DNA from: Neovahlkampfia damariscottae
Lineage: Eukaryota
Direction: 5' to 3'
NCBI GenBank assembly: GCA_016618085.1
Contig: JABLTG010000001.1
Coordinates: forward strand, 186,001 to 250,000
Length of the DNA stretch: 64,000 bases
The position numbers and the translations under genes are program-made. Positions 53,303 through 64,000 of the stretch are shown one piece after another. Within the stretch, counting starts at the first letter, position 1, and each line of letters begins with the position of its first letter. Under the pieces are notes generated by a model. It searched no databases. It was not told where the DNA came from and saw nothing but the letters and a program-made list of their open reading frames with translations.

Positions 53303-54775
53303 TCAAATATTTTGATCTGTATTCTTTATCACAGTATAAAAATATTGAATAGTTTGAAAATAATTCTTGATTGAAATTCTTTCATCAAATCCATGAAATT
53401 TATTAACATCATCCTTTGTAATCCAAAATGGTGTGAATCCATATGAATTTTTTGAGATTCTTCTATAATGAGCCGAATCAGAGGCAGCAACGAATAAATT
53501 TGGAGCTATAATCAATTGATTTGGAAATATACTTTCAATTGATTTATAAATTGCATTAAATGAATTACAATTTGTACATGCAATTGGAAATTCTTTTACT
53601 CTTTCTGATTGAAGATATGTAATTTTGATTCTTGGATCAATTTGTGATTTAATATGTTTTTTTAATTTCTCCAAGTTATCATTTGGATGAATTCTAAAAT
53701 TAATATTTGCTGTTGCCACATTTGGTAATACATTATCCTTAACACCAGAATTAAATTTTGTAAAAGCAGTAGTTGTTCGAATCAAAGCATTTGTTGCTTT
53801 AATTCTACCAAAAATGAAAGATAAAATTGGTGAAAATAAAATAGAATGACCCAAAACAAATCTGACCAATCCAAATTCAGAATATGGTGCAATATGATTC
53901 AAGAAATTATTCACAATACCATTATCAACATTTGATTTCATTTGATTATTTTCAAGTTTTAAAATACTATCTGATAATATACCGATACATGATTCTCTTC
54001 CAGGTGTTGAAGAATGACCTGGATCACATGTAATATTTAATTCAACATTTATAAATGATTTTTCACATGTTGTAATCATTGCAATTGGTTTTTTCATTGT
54101 TGGGAATAATCCATCAACTATAAAACCACCTTCATCATGTACTAAATCTAATTGAACTCCTCTTGATTCTAATAGGTCAGTTATTAATTTGGCTCCTTTA
54201 AATCCACCTAATTCTTCATCTGATCCAAAACTTAAATAAATTGTTCTTTCTGGTTCATAATTATTTTTTAATAATTCTTCAACTGCTTCTAAAATACCCA
54301 TAACATTCACTTTTACATCTAAAGTTCCTCTTCCATAAATGAAATCATTTGATACTTTTCCTGAAAATGGATCATGAGTCCATTTTTCAATATTTGGTGT
54401 AGGTACAACATCTGTATGTGCTGTAAATAATATTGGTCCTTTATTTGATGATTTTCCTTTCCAAGTGTATAAAAGACTTTCAAGTGGTCCTACTTTTTCT
54501 AAAGTCAATTTTGAATGAACTAATGGAAACTTTTCTTTTAAAAATTTGAATGTTTTTTTAAATTCTTCTTTATCTTTTTCATAAACAAAAGTTTTAAATG
54601 TTAACATTTTCGAAAAATTTTGAATTGTTAAATCTTTTTTTTCTTTTGACCATGAAATGATATTATTTGATTCAGCTGGTGTTTTTAAATTATTATATAC
54701 TGGTGGTTTTTGTTGATTGATGAAGTAAAAAAAATAACCAAGAATGATGGAGAGAATGACAACATAAAACTTCAT
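53303..54775 (-). CDS. M20-family metallopeptidase (PM20D1/carboxypeptidase S-like) with N-terminal anchor
   Basis: AHTDVVP, GRGTLDVK, DEELGG, DEGG, GHSSTP, FHGFDERI. Confidence 0.93.
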   Translation of the reverse strand: MKFYVVILSIILGYFFYFINQQKPPVYNNLKTPAESNNIISWSKEKKDLTIQNFSKMLTFKTFVYEKDKEEFKKTFKFLKEKFPLVHSKLTLEKVGPLESLLYTWKGKSSNKGPILFTAHTDVVPTPNIEKWTHDPFSGKVSNDFIYGRGTLDVKVNVMGILEAVEELLKNNYEPERTIYLSFGSDEELGGFKGAKLITDLLESRGVQLDLVHDEGGFIVDGLFPTMKKPIAMITTCEKSFINVELNITCDPGHSSTPGRESCIGILSDSILKLENNQMKSNVDNGIVNNFLNHIAPYSEFGLVRFVLGHSILFSPILSFIFGRIKATNALIRTTTAFTKFNSGVKDNVLPNVATANINFRIHPNDNLEKLKKHIKSQIDPRIKITYLQSERVKEFPIACTNCNSFNAIYKSIESIFPNQLIIAPNLFVAASDSAHYRRISKNSYGFTPFWITKDDVNKFHGFDERISIKNYFQTIQYFYTVIKNTDQNI

Positions 54776-54822
54776 CTTTTTTTGTTCCTAACCACCAATG
54801 AAAAGATTTTCAAAAAAGTATT

Positions 54823-55148
54823 TTATTCTTTATTTTGCATTTGACTTTGAAGTTGTTGATTAACTTGATTTCTTGCATCATTTACTGATTCTCTAACAAG
54901 ATTTTCAATTTGTTTTTTATTTTCTTTTGTGAGGATTTTTTCATCAATTTCAACACTCTCAACAAATCCTTGACCATTCATTTCTGTCTTTATAAACATT
55001 AGAATTAATCACAACTACAAACCTTCACTAAATTGTTGCCAGCTGAACCACAGACTTTCATATTATTCAATATATTCATAGTCTCAGTCATTTGACCCAT
55101 TAATTTTGGGTCTTTCATCATTTTCATCATATCTGCCATTTTCTTCAT
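54823..55148 (-). CDS. YbaB/EbfC-family protein (96 aa; not in ORF track)
   Basis: Exons 55148-55023 and 54987-54823 (35-nt GT-AG intron) give MKKMADMMKMMKDPKLMGQMTETMNILNNMKVCGSAGNNLVKTEMNGQGFVESVEIDEKILTKENKKQIENLVRESVNDARNQVNQQLQSQMQNKE. Confidence 0.85.
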
Positions 55149-55222
55149 GTTTTTATTTTTTTTTTGAGTTTTCTAAATTTTTTATTGGTCGTTTGGAAAT
55201 GTAAAATAAAAATCAGAAAAGT

Positions 55223-56597
55223 TTATTCATATTTATCTTTTTCTGGTGGTAATGTGATTGATTCTTTCACAAACATAATTATAAGAATAATTGTTAAATA
55301 TGCAGAAAATAAAACAGTTAAGGTGATTAAAAATGCATCTGCAGCATCATCAGTCCATCCTTGAAATAATTCATGTAATCCTAAATATGAACTTCCAAGT
55401 GCACAAATTGTACATACTCTACCAATAATTCTATGAGCCTTTTTGAAAAAAATGAATTTAAAATGAAAAGTATTTACAATAACGAATACAGGTTTGAAAT
55501 AAAAATATCTTGAAAATACTTGTACATTTAATGATGCGGGTATTAAAATAGCGAATACTGAAAATAGCGGTTGTAAGAACATACTTAAAAAGACAATTAA
55601 ACCAATAATTCCATGAGGTGAATAAAAATGTTGATCTGTTGTAAAAAAACTTAAAATGAATCCAACTATTGTCATTAACATTACAAATGACATTAATAAT
55701 CCATGAATTATTAAAGCTATTCTATCCTATCATAAAATTTAAAATTTAACATTATAAAGTTTTTTCTCACTGATATCGTCTTTCGTAAAATTGGCAAATA
55801 CCTAGCAATTAGAATACCTATTAACGCAGCAAAACCCCAAGTAAATAATAATAAACATGAATGAATAATTCTGTTAAAAAAGAAAGTGTTAAAAAATAAA
55901 AAAAAAAAACCTAAAAATGAATTTTTGTGTTGAAACATAAAATGTTTTTTCACGAAAAGATGTTGAAGATACAAGTGTATATGTGTTATTTATAATACCA
56001 CCAATATTTTGTGTAAATGAAAATTCTGTTAAATCACTATAATTTGAAGGTATGGCGTATGTAAAAGCATAACGATAAGAATCCAAGAAAGGTATATCAT
56101 GTAAAGTATCATTTGTTTCAAAATCTCTTTCCCAATAAAAATGAGCCACAGGTGATGATGTTATATTTGTTGTTGGATTTTTTGTTCCTTTAACTAAACT
56201 ACCTTCTGAATAACCTATATTCGAATTTGTGTCTTTGTAAATTTGAAACTTTTTTGCTTCACCTCTTCCATAACAATCCGTAACAGTTCCAATATTATTT
56301 TTAATTTCACCAACAAATACTTCATGAGTATTTTGAACATTTTTGAATACTTCAAGTTTTCTAATTGCTAAAATCCACCAAGCTATTGATTTTAATGAAC
56401 ATATTTTTATTATATTTACTATTTGTTGTAAAAGTGCCATTAAAATATACTTTTCTTTTGGTTTGGTCAACCACTAATTTTACAGTAAAAATGGTTGAAG
56501 AACTATCACTTGGAGCTCGAAAAACGAACCCTTGTGATGTTATTTGTGACAGTATTAGTAGAGGTAAGCATAACATTATTATTATAAATATCCTCAT
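55223..56597 (-). CDS. DOMON-like plus cytochrome b561-domain membrane protein
   Basis: Signal peptide, beta-rich domain, then IIHSCLL...GILIARY, IIHGLLM, HFYSPHGIIG, AHRIIGR b561 His pattern. Confidence 0.82.
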
Positions 56598-56814
56598 TTT
56601 TTTAAAAAGCTCCACTTTTCTGTACAAACGTTTTGTTTTCTTATCCAATCAAATTAGAGAGCTGTTTTTTTTTGTTTATTGGCAATCTACAAAAAAATTG
56701 TTAAAAAATTGAAAATAAATGCATTCTTTTTGAAAAAAATAAAACCGAAAATTCTGATCCAATGATAAACAAATCCAATTCAACGTCATACCTCTGAACT
56801 GGAAATAGTAAAAA

Positions 56815-57261
56815 ATGACCACAGAAAAAAATATATTGGATATAACTCCTCAGTATAATGATCCAACAACTAAAGATGGTGAAGTTAATGAATTTCATAA
56901 ATTAAGAAAACAAAGAGAAAGAGATTATTATCGACAACTCAGAGAAACAAGAGAAGAAGAAGAAAAACAGGAATTGGTAAGAAATATTTGATTAAAAAAA
57001 AACTAGGAAAATAATGAAAAAAATGAAGAAAAAGAAGATTTTTTACAAAAAAAAGAAATTTTAGAAGAAATACAATCAAAGAAAAGTGAAAAAAGAAAAA
57101 GAAAGAAAGAGAAACAACAAATAAAAAAAATACAACAGAAAATATCAAAAGAAATTGAAAAAGAAATTACAACAAATCAAAATTCTACCAAAGAGAAAGA
57201 GGAAAATGAAGGGATTGAAAATGAACCAGAAAAAAAGAAAAGAAAAAGAAGAAGAAAATGA
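56815..57261 (+). CDS. PRKRIP1 (DUF1168)-like Lys/Glu-rich protein (not in ORF track)
   Basis: Two exons (30-nt intron); EFHKLRKQRERDYYRQ...EDFLQKKE...KKSEKRKRKKEK resembles the PRKRIP1 EFHxYRxxRRREYxR core. Confidence 0.6.
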
Positions 57262-57325
57262 AATTAAATTCAATTTGAAAGAAATAATAAATTTGAAACA
57301 AATGTTGTTTTATTTCGTATGATAT

Positions 57326-57564
57326 TTATTTACTTGACATAATTGCGATGAATTCATCTAATTGGATCTGACCATCTCCATTTTTGTCTGCTTCTGAAAG
57401 CATGTTTTCAATAGTAGCATCGTCAAAATCTAATCCTAATGATTTTGTTCCTTTTTTGAGTTCATCTTTATCAATGACACCATTTCCTGCAAGGGTTTAA
57501 TAAATTTCTTCATACCATCTTTGTCCCATTCTTTGAACATAGCTTTAAGTTTATCAGCGTCCAT
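57326..57564 (-). CDS. 69-aa two-EF-hand calcium-binding protein (not in ORF track)
   Basis: 29-nt intron; MDADKLKAMFKEWDKDGNGVIDKDELKK...ADKNGDGQIQLDEFIAIMSSK with two canonical EF loops. Confidence 0.92.
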
Positions 57565-57785
57565 CGTTTATTTGTTTTTCCGTTGAGAAGTTATGAGAAA
57601 ATACAGTGAATCTATTGGTTAATAAAAAAGATTCTTTCAATTAAACCGTTGACCAATCACTGACAAGAAAGAAATTCTGAAAGAAAAGAAATGGATTATT
57701 AATTTTTGATTCTCTTGTATTGTTCCCTTAAAAAACTTTTTCTCAGAAGTATTTTAATTTTATTGGTCAGTTTTTCAAACATTAG

Positions 57786-58224
57786 ATGGAGCAGAAGAAA
57801 GAAATAAAAAAGAGCAAAGAAGAAATTGAAAAAGAAAACTTAATTAAATCAATAATACTTCATCATAAAAATATTAAACTTCAAAAACAACAAAATAAAG
57901 AGAGCAAAAAACTGAAAGATGATTTGCTCTCTTTTATTTGGATTTTAAAAGAAATGAAGAAAAAACAACCACCAAAGAAATTTGCAAATGATAATGTTGA
58001 ATTATTAATGAAAAAAATAACTGAGTACGAAGAAGAGAAATGCTACAGAACTCTATTTGATATTTATGAAATTGTTGAAAATGTTACTTGTCCAGATTGG
58101 AAAGAAATCAATAAATGTAAAAGCAAAATATTATCATTTAAATTTAGTATATGTTGAAAAAATTAAACAAGAAATGGATTTTAATAATCAAAGAAATTAT
58201 TTGGAAGAATTTTTTAAACAATAA
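57786..58224 (+). CDS. hypothetical basic protein
   Basis: ORF plus a probable 31-nt intron near 58116; ATTGG upstream of the ATG. Confidence 0.55.
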
Positions 58225-58279
58225 TGTGATTGGATACTTTTTACCAATTAAAATTCACAACGGTTTTGCGCGTTAAAAA

Positions 58280-61039
58280 ATGAATGACCTAGACTTTGAA
58301 ACTGAAGTGAGATTTGAAAATGAAAAAGGAGAATTTGTCACAGACATAGGAGATGAAGGTGCTGATGAAGTTTATCAAGATTTAAAAGACGAAGATGGCT
58401 TTGATAAAAAAGACGAAGATGTTGCTTGGAGTGAAACAGATGAACGAAACTTCATGAAAAAAGTTGTACCAAATTTAGAAAATTTTATAAAACACCTTGG
58501 TATTGTCATTAAAGAAGAAAATAAAAGTAAATACGTAATTGATGATGACTGTCTTGGTAAGAAAAATATATTTTACTCATTCTTCTAAAAAGACAATTTG
58601 GATAATTTAATTGAAAGTTTAAAAGGTGATTCAAATGGAAGAATGAGAAAACACCTTGGTGAATTGAAAATAATACAACATGATTTAACTCCTTTACTTA
58701 AAGTTGCTGTGGTGATGAGAGATTATAAAATAGCGAAGAGAGTTGGTAAAACAATTCATTTGGGTTTCTCAATTTTTTTTTAGTTGATTTATTAAATTAT
58801 CTTACAAAGTTACCATCAGAATTGAATCAAGATTGGAATCATCATCTCACCAGACATTTACAACTGACAAAAGAAATTTTTGTACGCCAAGGGAACTTTT
58901 CACCTATTCCAATATCATTAGGAGAACAAATGTTAATGGAAAGACCTGATAAACATTATTTAGGATCAATCTTACAATTTATTCAAAATATTCTTTCAAT
59001 TTCAAGTTTTAAACAATCAACAGATAATCAATTTATACTTGTATTGAAAAAAGAAAATGTTCTTGATCTTTTAATTCCTTTAATACAAAAATATGGAAAT
59101 CTTTATTCAAAAACCTTCATTGAAATCATTTCTTTGTTATTAAAAAATGAAACAGCTGAATCATTGTATCATACATCATACTCAATTCTTAGTACTGGTG
59201 TTAAATTAAATAAACCAAATAGACACACAAAAGAGGCGTTTCGTGAAATAATCAACAAAGAAAAAGAAGAAAAATTGAAAAAAGGAACAATTAATAGACA
59301 TTCAAGATTTGGAGGTGTCATTGTAAAAAATAAGGATGAAGAACAAATTGTTTATCATCTGGTTGATGGAAAACAAGTTGAAAGAAGTCATAAAATTAAT
59401 AAAAGAATGAAAATACATCAACCTCATAAAGTAGAACTCAAAATTGAGTCTCCGGCTGAAATTAAAGTTGCATTGAAAAAATTTGTTGAAAGTTTTAGAA
59501 CTGATTGTTTCAATGGTTAGTTTTTCATTGAATATTGACCACTTTTAAAGATTTTTGTAGCATTATATTTACAAACCTCAGAAACTCTGCTAATCAAGAT
59601 ATCGAATATCACTTTTTACATGTCTTAGGATTCACCTTTGCATACAACAGATTATTGAACAATTTTGAGAAATTTGAAATCAGCTACGTGTCAGATATGA
59701 TGGATGATAGTTTAATTAGTTGGATCTTTCAAAAAATTTCAATCGATTCTGGAGTTGAAGGTTACATTCAAGGAAAAAAATGGAACAACCTGAAAGTTGC
59801 TATATCTACCTTGAAAGAATTGGTATGTCTTTATTTAGTTAATCTCTTTTATAGTTTTATGGATTTAATTTAATGTTACAAGTTGAAAATTTGAAAGATA
59901 TTGGAGAAAAACATCTTTTAAACTGTTTTTATGATAATGATGATTCTTTGAATATTTCAAGATTAATTGGACTTTATGATGCCACAAAAGCTGAAAAAGA
60001 ATTACTCTTTGACTTGATTGATTTATCACATGAAATGTATTCAATTATAAAGAATAATCAAATCTTTGTCAAAAGAAAGAAAAAGGAAGGAGAAGAAATT
60101 TCACTTCAAACATCAACTTTTTTAAATGGATATTCAAAAACAAGTGTAATCAAAAACTATATTTTAGCTTTAAAATTATATGAAACAAATACATTATTGA
60201 TTAATGAATGTATTGTATCAATGCTTTCATTAATTATGGATGAATTGGATATGGGTGAAAAATTATTTCATATTTCAATCTTAAGAGTTTGTTCAGACAT
60301 TTTACATGATGATTCAATTTCAAAAAAACCTGAATTTCAAAAAATGATTACATTAGCAGATATGATTGTTGAAAGATTTTTATTTGCTTGTGAAAAAAAT
60401 GATATGTTGTATATTCATTGTTTATTTTGGAAGACAAGTGCAGAGGCAATTCATATTCAACAACAAACAAGAGAAGAACAATCAAGATATGAAGCATATG
60501 ATTCAGATGAAAATGAATATGATTTCCCAGAAAGAGGTGATGAAGAATTTTTTGCACCCCCACCTCCACAAAGGAAAAAAAGATCAAAATTATCAGAAAA
60601 AAAAGAACCAGAAGAAAGAAAGAAAAGAAAAAGTAGATTTGATATTGCACGTGAAAAACAACAAGAAAATAAAATTGATGAAATATTTTCAGAAGAAGAA
60701 GAAGAAGTTCAATTCTCTGACCAAGAAAAAGAAGAGAAACCTTTAATTGTTCAAGATGATGAAGAAGAAGAATATGATTTTGGAGATTCTATTGAAACTC
60801 CAGAACAAAAAGAAAATTCTAATGATAATTCAGATGAAAATAGTTCAAAAAAACGTAAAAGAGAAGAAATCAATGAAGATGTTAAAAAATTGAAAACAAG
60901 TCACACACCAATTAGATCAAGAAAAAGAAATTCAGTAACACCAAAAACATCTCCTGTTGTCAACACAATGGAATCTACAACGTCTCCAATAATAACAAAT
61001 AATACACCAGTAAGAAGTAGAAAAAATAAAAGAAAATAA
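58280..61039 (+). CDS. TIMELESS: Timeless/Tof1-like replication fork protection protein
   Basis: YVIDDDCL, IIQHDLTPLL, RHSRFGG, LFHISIL, CLFWKT, acidic tail; four introns. Confidence 0.8.
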
Positions 61040-61046
61040 TTTTTTT

Positions 61047-62005
61047 TTAATTTGAAATTGATTTCATAAATGTTGTACTTTCATTTAATAAAAATGAAAC
61101 TTGTTCAACAATTTCTTTTTTTTCTAATTTTTGTGCTAATGGTTTAATTTCATTAAAAATATCTTGAAGTGATTTGAAATATTTAATTTCATCTTCAGTA
61201 TATTCATCAATATCTGAAAATGTTGGTTTTTTCATTTTTTCATAAATTTCAATTATTTTTTCATCATGATCACCATTTTCTGTTTTTAACATTGAAATAA
61301 TAACTAAATAATCATTATAAGTTGGTTTTCCAAATCCATAAATTTTATGTTTTGTGAACAAATCACATAATTCATTAAATTCATCCATTTTTGAATTTTG
61401 AATTAACAATGAAAAATGTTCTAAAATTGTTTTTTTACGAAATGGTAAAGTTAAACAAACTGAATTCTTGATTACTTTTTTGAAATTTAATTTTTCTTTT
61501 TTTTTTTTTCTTACATTCATTTATCTCTTGTTGTTGTTCAAATTCTGAAAATTTTTCGTAAAATAAACTTGAAGTATTTCTATCAAATTCAAAATATCTA
61601 GTTGCATATAAATGAAATATCTTTGAACAATATTGTAAATCTAAAGCTGAATTTGATTTTTGTAAAACTGAATTGAGAAAACGTGGTCCAAATCTAAATT
61701 TTGGATTTTTAATGAAATTAGTAATAAAATTTTGATATAATGTTTCTACTTCTGTTTCTGGTTTCCAATTGAATGTTTGTGATTTTATCTTCAAAGCTTC
61801 ATACATTCCTTTGTTTTGTTTATTTGATTTTTTTCTCTTTTTTTTTTTTTTAACTTTTTTTTTTTTTTCATACTTTTGTTGCTTCTTTGATAAATTTATC
61901 AACATATAATTTTCCTTTGTACTTTCTTACCAAGTGTCTTGCACCCATAGAACGAGTTTGTTCAACAAGAGTTTTACCAAATGTTGCTGTTTTTAATGAA
62001 AACAT
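61047..62005 (-). CDS. hypothetical protein with a possible mitochondrial presequence
   Basis: ATG at 62005 (MFSLKTATFGKTLVEQTRSMGARHLVRK); two A-rich GT-AG introns join the frames. Confidence 0.65.
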
Positions 62006-62056
62006 TGCTGACAATTGATTGGTCAATTGATTCTAATTTTTAAAAACGAAACAGAA
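62006..62056. promoter_or_regulatory. 51-bp bidirectional promoter with CCAAT box
   Basis: Divergent ATGs at 62005 (-) and 62057 (+); GATTGGTC at 62017-62024 flanked by CAATTG palindromes. Confidence 0.55.
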
Positions 62057-64000
62057 ATGAAACCACTGCTACTTTTAATTTTAATTTTCTTTCAATTTAC
62101 TCTACAAAATAGATATATTTCAATTTCAGGAGGATTTGACCAAGGCGATTGTGCTGAAGAATTAAAACCTTGTAAAACAGTTTATTATACAACAAAACAA
62201 GCGAAAAAAAATGAAACAATTTATTTTAAATCTAAAATTGGAAATGATAAATGGAATTGTACAGAAGATTTCAATATTATTATCACAAAAGACCTAACTT
62301 TTGAACCATTTTCGTCGGAAGATATAACTTTTGAAATTCATTGTTTTTTTCAAAGAGAAACCAATATTTTCATCTTCTTGAACGATTCTATTGTAAATTT
62401 TAATAGAATTCATTTTTTTGGTATTTTCGAAAAATTTGAATCTTTATTTTACATCAATACAAAAAAAGTTGAAATTAATTTGACAAAATTTTCAATAAAA
62501 AAAATAAATACCAAATTAATAAAATATAATCATGATATTAAAAATGAAGCAATCAAAATTAGAATCAAAAACTCATCATTTAATCAAATACATAGTTTAA
62601 TTTTATTAAACGAACTTTTAACGAATGAAATATTTATTTTGATCAAAGATACAAGTATTTATGATATATTAGATACACCTTTAACATTAAACATTCAAGG
62701 ACAAGGAAATTTAATTATAGATAATTCATATTTTCAAAGATTAGGTAAAAAAAGAAAATGAGTTTTAAATTGTTATTAGTTGATCCAATTGTCTTAAAGA
62801 ATGATGTTAGTTTTGATATAAATGTACAAATTATGAAATCAACATTTTTTCAAACAGTTGGATTATTTTTAGAACATTCAAATTTACAAATATCAGATTC
62901 ATATTTTATTGAAAATCAAAATGAAAATGGAGGTGCTATTAATATTGAAAATTCATTTGTATCTATCAATTCAACATTATTTTTTAAAAATCATGCGAAT
63001 TCAAATGGTGGTGCAATTTTTTTAATATCAGAGAAATATGAATCAATAATTGATATTTATAATTCAACATTTAAACAAAATTATATACATAATGCTTTGG
63101 ATAAAGAATATGGTTCTGCAATTGCAATGTATTCTGATTTTAAATTTACAATGAAATATTCAAAATTTGAATCAAATTATGGAACAGGTAAATTATGGAG
63201 AGGAACAATATTTTTACAATCATTTGATCAAAATAAAGTTAATTTTGAAGGAAATGAATATATTTCAAATTTTGGATATTTTGGTGGTGCATTGTATTTA
63301 CATTTGAAAGCATCAAATGTTGTATTAAAAAAAGAAATATTTATTTCAAATGAAGTATTAATTGCAGGTGGTTCAATTTATTGTGATGATGTTCTACATT
63401 TAGAAATTATTGATTGTGAATTCATTAATTCAAATTCAAAAGATATTGCTGGTTCAATTTTATTGAATGGTGGATACTCTGAAATTATTTCATCTTCATT
63501 TACAAATGGTAAAAGTAATTTTGGTGGTGCAATTCAAGTTCAAGGTAGAGGAGAATTGTTAACAAAGAATTCAAGATTTCATAAAAATGTTGTTAAATAT
63601 AATGGTGGAGGAATTGTTTGTTCTTTAACATCAAAATGTTTATTTGAAAATTCTGAATTCAATTCAAATAAAGCATCAAAAGGAGGAGCTATTTATACAT
63701 ATTCTGGTAATTTAGAATTGATCAAAGGAAGTAAATTTATTAGGAATATAGCAACACTTGGAGGATCAATTTATTTTTCTGAAGGTGGAAAATTAGAAAT
63801 TTCAACTTGCAATTTTTTAGAAAATCGAGCAATTTTGGGTGGATGTATTTATTATAATACAAATTCAAAAAATCCACCAATTAGAGAATTATATATGGAA
63901 AGAACAACTTTTGAAAATAGTTTTGCATCTTCTGGAGGTGGAATTTTTTATTTTTCTGGTGAAAAGTTGAATCCAATTTATTATAAAAATGTGACAAAAA
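62057..64000 (+). CDS. large secreted/surface protein with GGAI/FxxN beta-helix (Pmp-like) repeats, partial
   Basis: Signal peptide, GDC...PCKT motif, intron near 62744, repeated FxxN..xGGAI; runs off window end. Confidence 0.85.

Overview
This is a very AT-rich, extremely compact eukaryotic (protist) nuclear window using the standard genetic code. It holds about 46 protein-coding genes, most split by tiny GT-AG introns of roughly 26-45 nt, so the ORF track fragments them. Gene content (TM-RGS, GGAI/FxxN beta-helix surface protein, bacterial-type enzymes with introns) resembles heterolobosean/Discoba amoebae, which is inference. Housekeeping genes include a DEAD-box helicase, pyruvate kinase, GCDH, Hsp70, NDUFV2, DBT, PARP1, 5'-nucleotidase, Rheb, PSMD9, ATR and Timeless. 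The most notable item is a 2.3-kb element bounded by perfect 17-bp terminal inverted repeats (25568-27876). It carries a decayed DDE_Tnp_4 (PIF/Harbinger-ISL2EU-like) transposase, a divergently oriented BRCT-domain gene and 19-nt-periodic subterminal motifs. Other notable items are an intron-containing YbaB/EbfC-family gene missed by the ORF track, a secreted protein with two tandem MACPF domains, a full-length PACS homolog, a cytochrome b5-membrane protein fusion and a probably inactive sirtuin. Across the window, CCAAT boxes sit within a few nt of start codons and several introns are almost pure poly-A. No rRNA, tRNA or CRISPR array was seen. All family calls rest on motifs recognised by eye, not on database searches.
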